DNA of 64,000 nucleotides from Candidatus Kerfeldbacteria bacterium (lineage in GTDB: Bacteria > Patescibacteriota > Patescibacteriia > SBBC01 > CAIJZX01): contig CAVSWO010000002.1 in the NCBI GenBank assembly GCA_963731735.1, positions 628,257-692,256 on the forward strand. Reading direction: 5' to 3'. This document shows, in pieces, positions 1 to 8,735 of the stretch (positions within the stretch are counted from its first letter, which is position 1; every line of letters begins with the position of its first letter). The position numbers were made by a program, and so were the translations under genes. The notes beneath the pieces are model-generated. The model was given only the letters and a program-made list of their open reading frames with translations, searched no databases and had not been told where the DNA came from.

Positions 1-594
1 GGCCTTGTTTTCGCCGCTCCAATTTTTCGGGAACATCCCGAGACCGAGTTGTTGACTCCAGCGCCAGCGATACCACAGGTATGCCAACACTCGCAACAAC
101 AGCAAGCCGATCAGCGCCTTGGGGATCCAGGCATGATGATAGCGTGGCAGCAAGATCAGCATGAAGGCCCAACCGGAAGCCGTATCAATGGCTGGATCTA
201 AATATTTACCCAGCCAGGTGGTTCGTTCCGGATACCGACGGGCCATGGCACCGTCGAACATATCCATCAAGATACCCGGGATAAAAAATGCCAGTGCCAT
301 CCCAAGTCGTGACTGCTGAGCCATCCAAGCTGCACAGCCAAGCAAACATCCGCCCAGCAGCGTCACCCGGTTCGGGGTTAGCCGCAGCGCCACCAATCCA
401 TCAACCACTGGGTCAAGCCAGGAGTTCTTGACTGGCCGCATCCGGTTAGCCTGACGATTCAGTCGTTGTAGACCTGAGTCAAAGCTGGATTGAATTCGGC
501 CGCGAGAATTATAGGTTGAGACCGTAGCGGTAATAATGGCAGTCAGCACAATCACGACCGCCACAAGTAATCCATGACCAAGCGTAATGTGCAT
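1..594 (-). CDS. CDP-alcohol phosphatidyltransferase (PgsA-like), 3' end runs off the window
   Basis: Minus-strand translation MHITLGHGLLVAVVIVL...DMFDGAMARRYPERTTWLGKYLDPAIDTASGWA contains the D-G-x2-A-R...G-x3-D-x3-D motif. A GGAGGG RBS lies 5 nt before the ATG at 594. The ORF is open to position 1. Confidence 0.7.
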   Translation of the reverse strand, partial: MHITLGHGLLVAVVIVLTAIITATVSTYNSRGRIQSSFDSGLQRLNRQANRMRPVKNSWLDPVVDGLVALRLTPNRVTLLGGCLLGCAAWMAQQSRLGMALAFFIPGILMDMFDGAMARRYPERTTWLGKYLDPAIDTASGWAFMLILLPRYHHAWIPKALIGLLLLRVLAYLWYRWRWSQQLGLGMFPKNWSGENKA

Positions 595-732
595 GCCGCC
601 CTCCGCGGTTTCAAGTGAAAGGTACCAGTAACCCTTCTCTACCGTTTTACGGGCAGTTTGTCAACCTGACCCGGCCACGGGCTTGACAAAGCCAGCGGTA
701 CGGTTCAAGGTACAGGGGCGAGATGTTGGTCG

Positions 733-1200
733 TTGTTTCACAACCGCGTCGACCAGACAAAAGGGGGGAGTCACTTGCATCAGTATGCAGATCTGACACG
801 GACGGCACGGACCATTGCCAAAATTTTTGGTAAGGACGTGACCCAAGCAGAAGTACTCAAACTGCTGACGATCGTTCGTCAGGAAGTGGCCGAGAACCAT
901 CCGAACCGCTGGCCATCAGCCGAAACCGGCAACGGCCTGCAGATTGGACAAACGGTCAAGTACCGATTGCCTATTCGGGCGACCGAACAGGGTTGGTCGG
1001 GTGGCCAGACAGACGAGGCGCGCATTCTGTTCGCCATCGTCGATCTGCCGGAACCGGACGCCGAGTATCAGGGCGATCGGCCGGTCTTGCAGGAAGTCAT
1101 GCTACGCACGACTGACGGCGGACACCTCAGAAAGAAAATCAACAACATAACCCCACAACCCATGGATCAGGAGCCGCATCATGGAGAACCGACAGCATAG
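733..1200 (+). CDS. hypothetical protein (the true start may be the TTG near 775, after a GGGGGGAG RBS)
   Basis: ORF from the supplied track with protein-like composition. No recognisable motif. Confidence 0.4.
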   Translation: MFHNRVDQTKGGSHLHQYADLTRTARTIAKIFGKDVTQAEVLKLLTIVRQEVAENHPNRWPSAETGNGLQIGQTVKYRLPIRATEQGWSGGQTDEARILFAIVDLPEPDAEYQGDRPVLQEVMLRTTDGGHLRKKINNITPQPMDQEPHHGEPTA

Positions 1201-1314
1201 GGATTTTGCTCCCAACATCTCGCCCTGAGCGCCGAAGTGGATTTCACACCTCGGCGCTTACTCTTTTTCACGTTGCGACGAGGGGCACTTTCTGGTACAA
1301 TCACAGCCAAAATC

Positions 1315-1692
1315 ATGACATCAAACGCCGCCGGTCGAACCCTGGGATATATCCTCCGTGAATTGGTGGGTGAGTTACTGTATTGGCCGGTCTGGTGGTA
1401 TACCACGGGCTTGCGGCTGGCCTGGCGGCGGATGCAGTCGCAAGTAATCCGCATGTACGATCGGTTAGGAACCCGGTATCTGTTCTCAAATATGGGTCGG
1501 CCGATGTATGGCGATTACACGCGCAGTGGCCGCGTCATCAGCTTCTTCTTTCGGTTGCTGCTGGTGGGATGGTCGTTGTTGGTTTTGAGTGTCTGGGGGC
1601 TATTTGCGGCTCTGCTCTTTCTCCTCTGGATCGTGATTGTGCCGGGCGTACTGGCGATGTTGGTGCTACAGCTTTTACCAGTCTCCTCATGA
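1315..1692 (+). CDS. small hydrophobic membrane protein (alternative start 1237)
   Basis: The sequence ...FFFRLLLVGWSLLVLSVWGLFAALLFLLWIVIVPGVLAMLVLQLL contains two or three TM helices. Its TGA stop overlaps the ATG of the downstream Clp-like gene in an ATGA arrangement. Confidence 0.5.
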   Translation: MTSNAAGRTLGYILRELVGELLYWPVWWYTTGLRLAWRRMQSQVIRMYDRLGTRYLFSNMGRPMYGDYTRSGRVISFFFRLLLVGWSLLVLSVWGLFAALLFLLWIVIVPGVLAMLVLQLLPVSS

Positions 1693-4403
1693 ATCCACCA
1701 ACCGGCATCGCACTCTGCGCTACGTGCGGCGGACACGGGTATCTCCGATCGCAACGCGAACGGAATCAGCCATGTCCGACCTGCGGAACCCACGGGACGG
1801 CGGTCTGGTGGGCCGGCAAGTGGTGGTCATGGCAGCAACCGCTGACCGCCGGCAGTATTGCCGCCCGACACACAGAACATGTGCTCAAAATCATCGTGTC
1901 GGCTTTTGCGATGGCCCTCCTACTGGGCGGACTGCTCTGGGGCGGGCCGGTATTCTATCGCGCGGCGCTTGACCAACAACTCATTTCGACACTGGTCACG
2001 CACGACGTGCGACTGGCCGCTTGGTGGCTTGGGATCGCGGCCGGTTTGTATGTAACGTACCGACTCGAGCGCGACGCCTTGCTGATGCCGCTGATCCCGG
2101 CCGCTACCGGCGCCACCCAGCCGGCCGGGACACCCTGGGGAGGAACCACGAAACCGGAAGATTTAGCCAGTCTCTTTCCTGAGGAGAGTCACCGGGTGCT
2201 CGAACACGCTTGGCGGTTGGCGCAGGCACGGAAACAGGCACAGGTGCTGCCCTCCCACCTGGTTGAAATTCTTTCAACCCGACCGGATGTCGCCAGCATG
2301 ATTGTTCGGATGGGGCTGCAACCTGAAGTGGTACGTGAAAAATTACGCGCGTCGGAGCCGCCGGCCGCTCCGGGCAGCGCCCAACCGAGTTTAAGTATGG
2401 CCGCCCAACTGATGATTGCCGAAGCGTTTTTGATTGCGGCTCAAGCGCATCACGACCGGATCCGACCGACTACCTTGATGGCCGCCGTGGGATCATTGGA
2501 TGACCCGGCCCGCGATGTCATGTTTGATCTCGGACTCGATCAAATCAAACTCGAGCATGTGTTGGCCTGGTTGATGATTCAAGAAGATCTCCGTACAAAA
2601 GTTCGTCGTTACCAGCGCCAGGCAGCGCTCAAACCGAAAGGTGCCATTGATCGAGGATTTACGGCCGCCGCGACGCCCGTCTTAAGTCACTTTAGCCATG
2701 ACCTGACCATTCGTGCCCGGAACGGCAATCTTCCGTATGTGATCGGGCGTGATGAAGAATTGAAACGAATATTTCGGGTCCTTGAAAGCGGTCACCAAAG
2801 CGTGATGTTACTGGGGCAACCCGGCGTCGGAAAAACCAACGTTTTGTACGCCTTGGCCGAGCGGATGGTAACCGAGGATGTGCCCGAACCACTGCAAGAT
2901 AAACGTTTGGTCAGTCTCTCGGCCGCCGCGCTGGTCTCGGGGGCCGGCAAGGTAGGAGATTTGGAAGAACGGGTGACCACGATTACCCATGAACTGGCGC
3001 GAGCTGGAAACATCGTGCTGGCGATTGAGGATTTCGATCAACTGGTCGGCGTGTCTTCCAGCGGTGGTGGTTTAGACGCGGCTCATATTTTTGCCCATGA
3101 GATTCAGCAAGGCGGTTTGCTGGTGATCGCGACTGCGTCACCGGCGGCCTATCGACGCGTGATTGAGCCGAGTGGAACCGGCAGCGCCTTTCAGTCGATC
3201 GAGATCCCAGAAATGAGTGTGGAGCATGCGATCGTGGCGGTTGAATCTCGGATTGGAGGTTTAGAGGCCCAGCACGCGGTCTTCTTTACGTATGACGCAA
3301 TTGACCACGCGGTCCGGCTCGCCCAACGCTACTTACATGACTCGCCATTACCGGGCAAAGCCCTGGAGATCCTCGGGGAGGCGGCCACCGTCACCCACCG
3401 TGCGCGCGGGAAAAACGCTTTAGTATTGAAAGATGACGTGGACAGTATTGTGAGCGAAGAGTCCAAGGTCAATGTTCGCAGCGTGACCCAGGACGAACAG
3501 ACAAAACTCCTGCATCTGGAAGATGCATTGCATCAGCGGGTGATTGGCCAAGATGAAGCGGTCAATGCGGTGGCGAACGCGCTCCGTCGCGCCCGGGCGG
3601 AAATTCGCGACGCCAAGCGCCCGATTGCCAGCTTCTTGTTCCTCGGTCCGACCGGGGTTGGAAAAACCGAACTGGCTAAAACGGTGGCGGCCGTGTACTT
3701 CGGATCGGAAGACGCGATGGTTCGGATCGATATGTCGGAGTATCAGGAAGTTTCAAGCATTGACCGGTTGATTGGCAATCCGCAGACGGCCGGCGGCGGT
3801 CAATTGACGGATGCCATCCGGGTCAAACCTTTTTCAATCGTCTTGCTCGATGAATTAGAAAAGGCGCATCCGGATATTCTGAACCTGTTCCTGCAGGTGA
3901 TGGACGATGGACGGCTGACAGACGCCGCCGGCCGGACGGTTGATTTTACCAACGCCATTATTATTGCCACTTCAAACGCCGGGACACAGCATATGCAAAA
4001 TCGTTTCCGTGAAGGCATTCAGCTGGAGACGATCAAGAATGAACTCATCAATCAAGAGCTCCAGCGTTACTACCGGCCGGAATTCTTGAACCGCTTTGAC
4101 GCGATCGTGGTCTTTAAACCGCTGAGTCCGATTCAAGTCGTGAAGATCGTTGATCTGATGATGCGCCAGGTAACCAAGTCGCTGGCTGAAAAAGGCATTA
4201 CCTTCAAAGTCGCCCCAGAAGCGATTGCCGAATTAGCCCAACAAGGCTTCGATCCGACGTTTGGCGCCCGACCGCTGCGCCGGTTGGTACAAGAAAAAGT
4301 CGATAACGCGCTGGCGACGTTCTTGTTGCAGGGAAAGCTCGGACGCCGTGATGTGGCGACGCTTGAACCCGGCGGCCAGATCCGAGTTACCAAGGCGCAA
4401 TAA
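1689..4403 (+). CDS. ClpC/ClpB-family double-AAA+ chaperone with N-terminal DnaJ-type CxxCxGxG zinc fingers and predicted TM helices
   Basis: Walker A motifs are LLGQPGVGKTN (NBD1) and FLFLGPTGVGKTELAK (NBD2). Two Clp_N repeats are present (VLEHAWRLAQARKQAQV; AQLMIAEAFLIAAQAH). The N-terminus CATCGGHGYL...CPTCGTHG is followed by hydrophobic segments HVLKIIVSAFAMALLLGGLLWG and LAAWWLGIAAGLYVTY. The track ORF starts at 1383, but that stretch overlaps the upstream gene in another frame, so the start is placed at ATG 1689. Confidence 0.8.
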   Translation: MNPPTGIALCATCGGHGYLRSQRERNQPCPTCGTHGTAVWWAGKWWSWQQPLTAGSIAARHTEHVLKIIVSAFAMALLLGGLLWGGPVFYRAALDQQLISTLVTHDVRLAAWWLGIAAGLYVTYRLERDALLMPLIPAATGATQPAGTPWGGTTKPEDLASLFPEESHRVLEHAWRLAQARKQAQVLPSHLVEILSTRPDVASMIVRMGLQPEVVREKLRASEPPAAPGSAQPSLSMAAQLMIAEAFLIAAQAHHDRIRPTTLMAAVGSLDDPARDVMFDLGLDQIKLEHVLAWLMIQEDLRTKVRRYQRQAALKPKGAIDRGFTAAATPVLSHFSHDLTIRARNGNLPYVIGRDEELKRIFRVLESGHQSVMLLGQPGVGKTNVLYALAERMVTEDVPEPLQDKRLVSLSAAALVSGAGKVGDLEERVTTITHELARAGNIVLAIEDFDQLVGVSSSGGGLDAAHIFAHEIQQGGLLVIATASPAAYRRVIEPSGTGSAFQSIEIPEMSVEHAIVAVESRIGGLEAQHAVFFTYDAIDHAVRLAQRYLHDSPLPGKALEILGEAATVTHRARGKNALVLKDDVDSIVSEESKVNVRSVTQDEQTKLLHLEDALHQRVIGQDEAVNAVANALRRARAEIRDAKRPIASFLFLGPTGVGKTELAKTVAAVYFGSEDAMVRIDMSEYQEVSSIDRLIGNPQTAGGGQLTDAIRVKPFSIVLLDELEKAHPDILNLFLQVMDDGRLTDAAGRTVDFTNAIIIATSNAGTQHMQNRFREGIQLETIKNELINQELQRYYRPEFLNRFDAIVVFKPLSPIQVVKIVDLMMRQVTKSLAEKGITFKVAPEAIAELAQQGFDPTFGARPLRRLVQEKVDNALATFLLQGKLGRRDVATLEPGGQIRVTKAQ

Positions 4404-4407
4404 ATCG

Positions 4408-4833
4408 ATGCCGGTCCGGATACCCTCAAGTCCGCTGTTTTCCGTACTCCGAAAGCTTGATCTGCCGGCAAAGAATTATGTGGTCTTTGGCAGCGGCCCG
4501 CTCTGGGTGCGGGGATTACGCGAATCGCACGATTTGGATATCCTGGCCCGTGGTTCCGCCTGGGAGCGGGCCAAACAGGTCGGTCAACTTGGAACAGTCG
4601 TCGGGAGTGACCGCCCGGTGGTGCGAATTCCCGGGATGGCGATTGAAATTTTTGATACCTGGTACCCGGGCGCCTGGGACGAACAGGGGATCATTGACCG
4701 GGCGGAAATGATAGATGGGTTGCCGTTTGCCAGCTTGGCGGATGTCCAAGCCTGGAAAAAGCGGATGGGCCGCCCGAAAGATTTAGCTGACCTCCGTCTG
4801 CTAGCTGAATATGTAACACAGCCCAGCCAATAA
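4408..4833 (+). CDS. minimal nucleotidyltransferase-fold protein
   Basis: The sequence VVFGSGPLWVRGLRESHDLDIL matches the GS-x(9-13)-D-h-D NTase signature. The start is placed at ATG 4408, immediately after the Clp stop. The track ORF 4261..4833 has an implausible N-terminus. Confidence 0.5.
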   Translation: MPVRIPSSPLFSVLRKLDLPAKNYVVFGSGPLWVRGLRESHDLDILARGSAWERAKQVGQLGTVVGSDRPVVRIPGMAIEIFDTWYPGAWDEQGIIDRAEMIDGLPFASLADVQAWKKRMGRPKDLADLRLLAEYVTQPSQ

Positions 4834-4879
4834 CTAGCCGTCGGAGAATTTATTCTGTGCTCAGTCCATTCACGCCAGA

Positions 4880-4907
4880 TTGATTTTCCCTGAGTTTTTG
4901 CTACACT
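4880..4907 (+). promoter_or_regulatory. sigma70-like promoter upstream of glyQS (TTGATT-16-TACACT)
   Basis: Hexamers read directly from the sequence. Spacing is 16 nt. Confidence 0.4.
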
Positions 4908-4916
4908 CCAAAGGCT

Positions 4917-6278
4917 ATGGCCAAGCTCGAAACGACCAAGATGGACCAGATTGTGAACCTGGCGAAACGCCGAGGTTTTGTTTTTCCGAGCGCGGAGATT
5001 TATGGCGGCCTGGGCGGTTTTTGGGACTGGGGTCCGCTCGGGGTCCTACTCAAGAACAATATCAAACAGGAATTTTGGAAAACATTTGTCCAGCAACGCG
5101 ATGATGTGGTTGGGCTGGATGGTTCAATTATTACCAACCCGAACGTTTGGCAGGCCAGCGGTCATGTCGCCGGATTTGCCGACGAATTAGTCGAGTGCAA
5201 AAAATGCCACCATCGGTTTAAGGCAGACGATGTTGAAGCCAAGTGCCCGGATTGCGGCGGCGATTTTACTCCAGCCCGAAAATTCAACACTATGTTTCGG
5301 ACCTTTGTCGGTCCAGCCGAGGAGAGCGCGAGTACCGCGTATTTGCGTCCCGAAACCGCCCAAAATATTTTTGCGAATTTTGAACTGGTTCGGGAGTCGC
5401 TGCGTAAAAAATTACCGTTTGGAATCGCGCAAATTGGTAAAGCTTTTCGGAATGAAATCACCCCCGGCAACTTCATTTTCCGCTCGCGGGAGTTTGAACA
5501 AATGGAGATTGAGTACTTTGTAAAACCCGGCGATGATGATCAAGTCTTTGATCAATGGGTGCGGGCTTGCCATCAGTGGTTCTTAGACCTCGGGCTTTCG
5601 AAGGACAACCTGCGTTTAGCTCAACAGCCGGTGGCGGAATTAGCGCACTATGCTAAAGCTACCACCGATATCGAATTTGCCTTCCCAATCGAAAAAGGCT
5701 GGGCCGAGCTGATGGGCGTGGCTAATCGCACTGATTATGATTTACGGCAACATGGCCAGCATGCTCGGGCTGATGAAAACGCCTTCGCAACCGCCATCGA
5801 TTCTGAAGGCCGGACAAAAAAAGTCCCGTATGTGATTGAGCCGTCGATGGGCGTTGACCGAGCCGCGCTCGCCTTCATACTTGATGCCTACACAGTCATT
5901 AAAGGGGGACGCTCGACCACAACCGAAAGTATCAAAGAAGCGGAAGTTGTTTTGAAACTCCATCCAAAACTCGCGCCGTACAAAGCGGCGATTTTACCCT
6001 TGTCAAAAAAACCAGCCCTGCAAAAAATTGGGCAAGAAATAGCCAAGACGCTTCGACAGCAATGGTTTATCGATTACGACGAAACTGGGTCGATCGGCAA
6101 ACGCTATCGCCGTCAGGATGAAATCGGGACGCCGCTGTGCATCACGGTCGACTTTGATACGATTGAAGGCACCAAGCGCCCAAAACAAACCGTGACCGTC
6201 CGCAATCGCGATACCATGGCCCAAGCGGCGGTGGCGATTGAAGACTTGCCTGCGTATGTGGCGAAAACTCTGGCCTAG
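4917..6278 (+). CDS. glyQS: glycyl-tRNA synthetase, alpha2 (class II) type
   Basis: The sequence FRNEITPGNFIFRSREFEQMEIEYF is class II motif 2. Length is 453 aa, and the HCKKCHHRF...CPDCGG insertion is typical of GlyRS. Confidence 0.9.
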   Translation: MAKLETTKMDQIVNLAKRRGFVFPSAEIYGGLGGFWDWGPLGVLLKNNIKQEFWKTFVQQRDDVVGLDGSIITNPNVWQASGHVAGFADELVECKKCHHRFKADDVEAKCPDCGGDFTPARKFNTMFRTFVGPAEESASTAYLRPETAQNIFANFELVRESLRKKLPFGIAQIGKAFRNEITPGNFIFRSREFEQMEIEYFVKPGDDDQVFDQWVRACHQWFLDLGLSKDNLRLAQQPVAELAHYAKATTDIEFAFPIEKGWAELMGVANRTDYDLRQHGQHARADENAFATAIDSEGRTKKVPYVIEPSMGVDRAALAFILDAYTVIKGGRSTTTESIKEAEVVLKLHPKLAPYKAAILPLSKKPALQKIGQEIAKTLRQQWFIDYDETGSIGKRYRRQDEIGTPLCITVDFDTIEGTKRPKQTVTVRNRDTMAQAAVAIEDLPAYVAKTLA

Positions 6279-7959
6279 TTTACTGGTGCTGGGTTTGGTG
6301 GTTTTCGCCCGCCCGGTGTTTGCGCAAGCCTGGTCGATACCTGAGTTTCAGGCAGACATCACGATTAACCAAGACGCATCGATTGACGTGGTCGAAGTGA
6401 TTCGAGTTGACTTTGGCACGGCTAAACACGGCATCTACCGAACCATACCTTTTCGCTACACCGTCGGTGACAATTCGACGGTCAGTGTGCCATTGACGAT
6501 TCGCAGCGTGCGGATGGACGGCCGATCAATCAAATATACAGAGCGGCAGAGTGGAAACGATGTGACGTTGAAAATTGGTGATCCCAACACCACCATCACC
6601 GGCGCGCATGTCTATACGATTGATTATACGGCGCAAGCCGCCATCAATTTCTTCAGTGACCACGACGAGCTCTATTGGAACGTGACCGGTAGCGATTGGG
6701 AGGTGCCGATCCAAAGTGTTAGCGCCAGTGTGCATTGGCCGTCCCAGGTATCGGCTGACCAGCAGCGGGTCGGTTGCTATACCGGCGCCATCGGTTCCCG
6801 GGCGCGTGACTGCCTGGCCCAAGCTGAAACTGGTCAAGCGACGTTTTCGGCGCAAGATTTTCTGACGGTTGTTGTCGGTGCGCCGCCGGGGACGGTGACC
6901 AAACCAGCCAATTACGATACCCTTCGGACGTCGGCCGGTCAATCCGAATTTACCCGACGGTTTCTTTCGATGCCAATCATGAGCTTGAACCTCTTGATTC
7001 TCCTGGGATCGATGGTTGGCATAGTGGTTGCCTGGCGTCGCTACGGTCGCGATCCACGCAGTCGTGGAACGGTGATCGCACAATACGAACCTCCGGCCGG
7101 GCTGCGACCAGGTGAAGTCGGTGTGGTATTTAATGAACGGGCAAACCAGCGCGATCTGTCGGCCACAATCATTGATTTGGCCGTTCGCGGCTATCTTGAA
7201 ATTACGGAAATTGAAAAGAAGCACGCGCTCGGTCTTGGCCACTCAACCGACTACAAACTCAATCTGAAAAAATCCATTAATGATAGCGCTTTGCAACCCT
7301 ATGAACAGCAAATGCTCAAGGGCCTGTTTGGAACAGCCAAGCAGCAGGTCTTATCCGATCGCAAAGGCAAGATGCATACCGAGGTGAAACAAGCCCAAAC
7401 AGGTTTGTATCAACGGGTGGTTAGGCTGGGACTCTTTGACCACAACCCGCAACGCACGCGCTGGACTTTCGCGGGGGTGGGCATTGCCTTACTGTTTTCG
7501 GGTTTTTGGATTGTTCCATCAGGCATTGTGGCGGTACCAGTCATGGGACTGGTTTTCCTGATCGCCGCGCCGTTTATGCCGAAGCGCACGAAAGCCGGGG
7601 TTGACGCATATTGGCAGGCCCGTGGTTTTAAACTGTTTTTAGAAAAGGCGGAGAAGTATCGCCTCAAGTGGCAAGAAAAAGAACACATCTTCGAGCAATA
7701 CTTACCCTACGCCATGGTTTTTGGAGTGGCCGATAAATGGAGCAAAGCCTTCAAGGATCTGCAGCAGGCGCCGCCGGACTGGTATCATGGGGCAGCCGGC
7801 GGTCAATTCAACACCCTTTTGCTGTGGTCAGCCTTGAGTAATTTTACTTCGGTTTCGGCCGCCAGCTTCGCGCCGCCGGCCGCCAGCGGCAGTTCCGGTT
7901 TTGGCGGCGGTGGATTCTCGGGCGGGGGATTCGGTGGGGGCGGCGGCGGATCTTGGTAA
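6238..7959 (+). CDS. DUF2207-like membrane protein with a glycine-rich C-terminus
   Basis: It has an N-terminal signal, a large extracytoplasmic domain, TM helices and the C-terminal sequence SGSSGFGGGGFSGGGFGGGGGGSW. An alternative start lies at 6256. Confidence 0.65.
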   Translation: MKTCLRMWRKLWPSLLVLGLVVFARPVFAQAWSIPEFQADITINQDASIDVVEVIRVDFGTAKHGIYRTIPFRYTVGDNSTVSVPLTIRSVRMDGRSIKYTERQSGNDVTLKIGDPNTTITGAHVYTIDYTAQAAINFFSDHDELYWNVTGSDWEVPIQSVSASVHWPSQVSADQQRVGCYTGAIGSRARDCLAQAETGQATFSAQDFLTVVVGAPPGTVTKPANYDTLRTSAGQSEFTRRFLSMPIMSLNLLILLGSMVGIVVAWRRYGRDPRSRGTVIAQYEPPAGLRPGEVGVVFNERANQRDLSATIIDLAVRGYLEITEIEKKHALGLGHSTDYKLNLKKSINDSALQPYEQQMLKGLFGTAKQQVLSDRKGKMHTEVKQAQTGLYQRVVRLGLFDHNPQRTRWTFAGVGIALLFSGFWIVPSGIVAVPVMGLVFLIAAPFMPKRTKAGVDAYWQARGFKLFLEKAEKYRLKWQEKEHIFEQYLPYAMVFGVADKWSKAFKDLQQAPPDWYHGAAGGQFNTLLLWSALSNFTSVSAASFAPPAASGSSGFGGGGFSGGGFGGGGGGSW

Positions 7960-8056
7960 GCCGTTAGGTTCGGACAGACATATTCCAAAGTGCCCGCTCC
8001 ATTCCTCTCCAGCCGGATTTTGTGCTATAGTAGAAGCGAATAAAAAACCAACAACT

Positions 8057-8734
8057 ATGCCCGAACTGCTCGATCCCGAAACATCGTTGCCGGAAAAAAA
8101 GCGAAAATTTACGCCGGCCCAGATTATCATGCTGCTCTTGTATCCGGTGATCTTTATCGTTGGCTTAAGTACCGGCCTGGTGATCGGATTGAAGCAGGGG
8201 AAACAGGTTCCAAATGTGAATACCGCCAATACGCAAGCGCCCGTGACGATCGTCCCGAACGCTAACACCAATGTCAATACCAGTCCGACCACCAACGCGA
8301 ATGTCAATGTCAGCAGCGTGATTACGAACACCAATAACGCGCTCAGCGGGGGCGGATATTTAGAACTGGATGCCGCGACCCAGGCCAGCCTCAACCAGGC
8401 GGCTGAAAAAGATAAAAATACTTTGGTTGATCAGTCGGCCTCGCTGCCGGATATCGTGCGTCAACAGGATTTGATCACTATCAAATATAATTTGCAGGCC
8501 TATTACGAGGTTAACCAGTCCTATCCGTCAACCAAGGACAAACAAATTCGCCTCGATCGCGGCGCCTCCGACGTCCTGTACCAGGCGCTCAAGACGTTTT
8601 ACGGCGGTAGTTATAATGAACCGATTGACCCTGAACATCCAACCTATTATTACGGTTATACTTCGGATGGAAAAAGCTTTGAATTGTCCGCCTATCTGAC
8701 GAGCAAATCGAAACCGTTTGTCTTAACCAACTAG
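8057..8734 (+). CDS. membrane-anchored protein with a pilin-like C-terminal domain
   Basis: The sequence MPELLDPE...FTPAQIIMLLLYPVIFIVGL is a TM segment, followed by an N/T-rich linker. The C-terminal ...YYYGYTSDGKSFELSAYL resembles type IV pilin or pseudopilin globular domains. The track ORF 7901..8734 was trimmed to the first convincing ATG. Confidence 0.45.
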   Translation: MPELLDPETSLPEKKRKFTPAQIIMLLLYPVIFIVGLSTGLVIGLKQGKQVPNVNTANTQAPVTIVPNANTNVNTSPTTNANVNVSSVITNTNNALSGGGYLELDAATQASLNQAAEKDKNTLVDQSASLPDIVRQQDLITIKYNLQAYYEVNQSYPSTKDKQIRLDRGASDVLYQALKTFYGGSYNEPIDPEHPTYYYGYTSDGKSFELSAYLTSKSKPFVLTN

Positions 8735-8735
8735 G

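Noticed and set aside
1383-1688. N-terminal 102 codons of the track ORF for the Clp-like protein
   Set aside because: This stretch overlaps the upstream membrane-protein gene in another frame and has an Ala/Gly/Val-rich antisense-like composition. The ATG at 1689 overlaps the upstream stop as ATGA.
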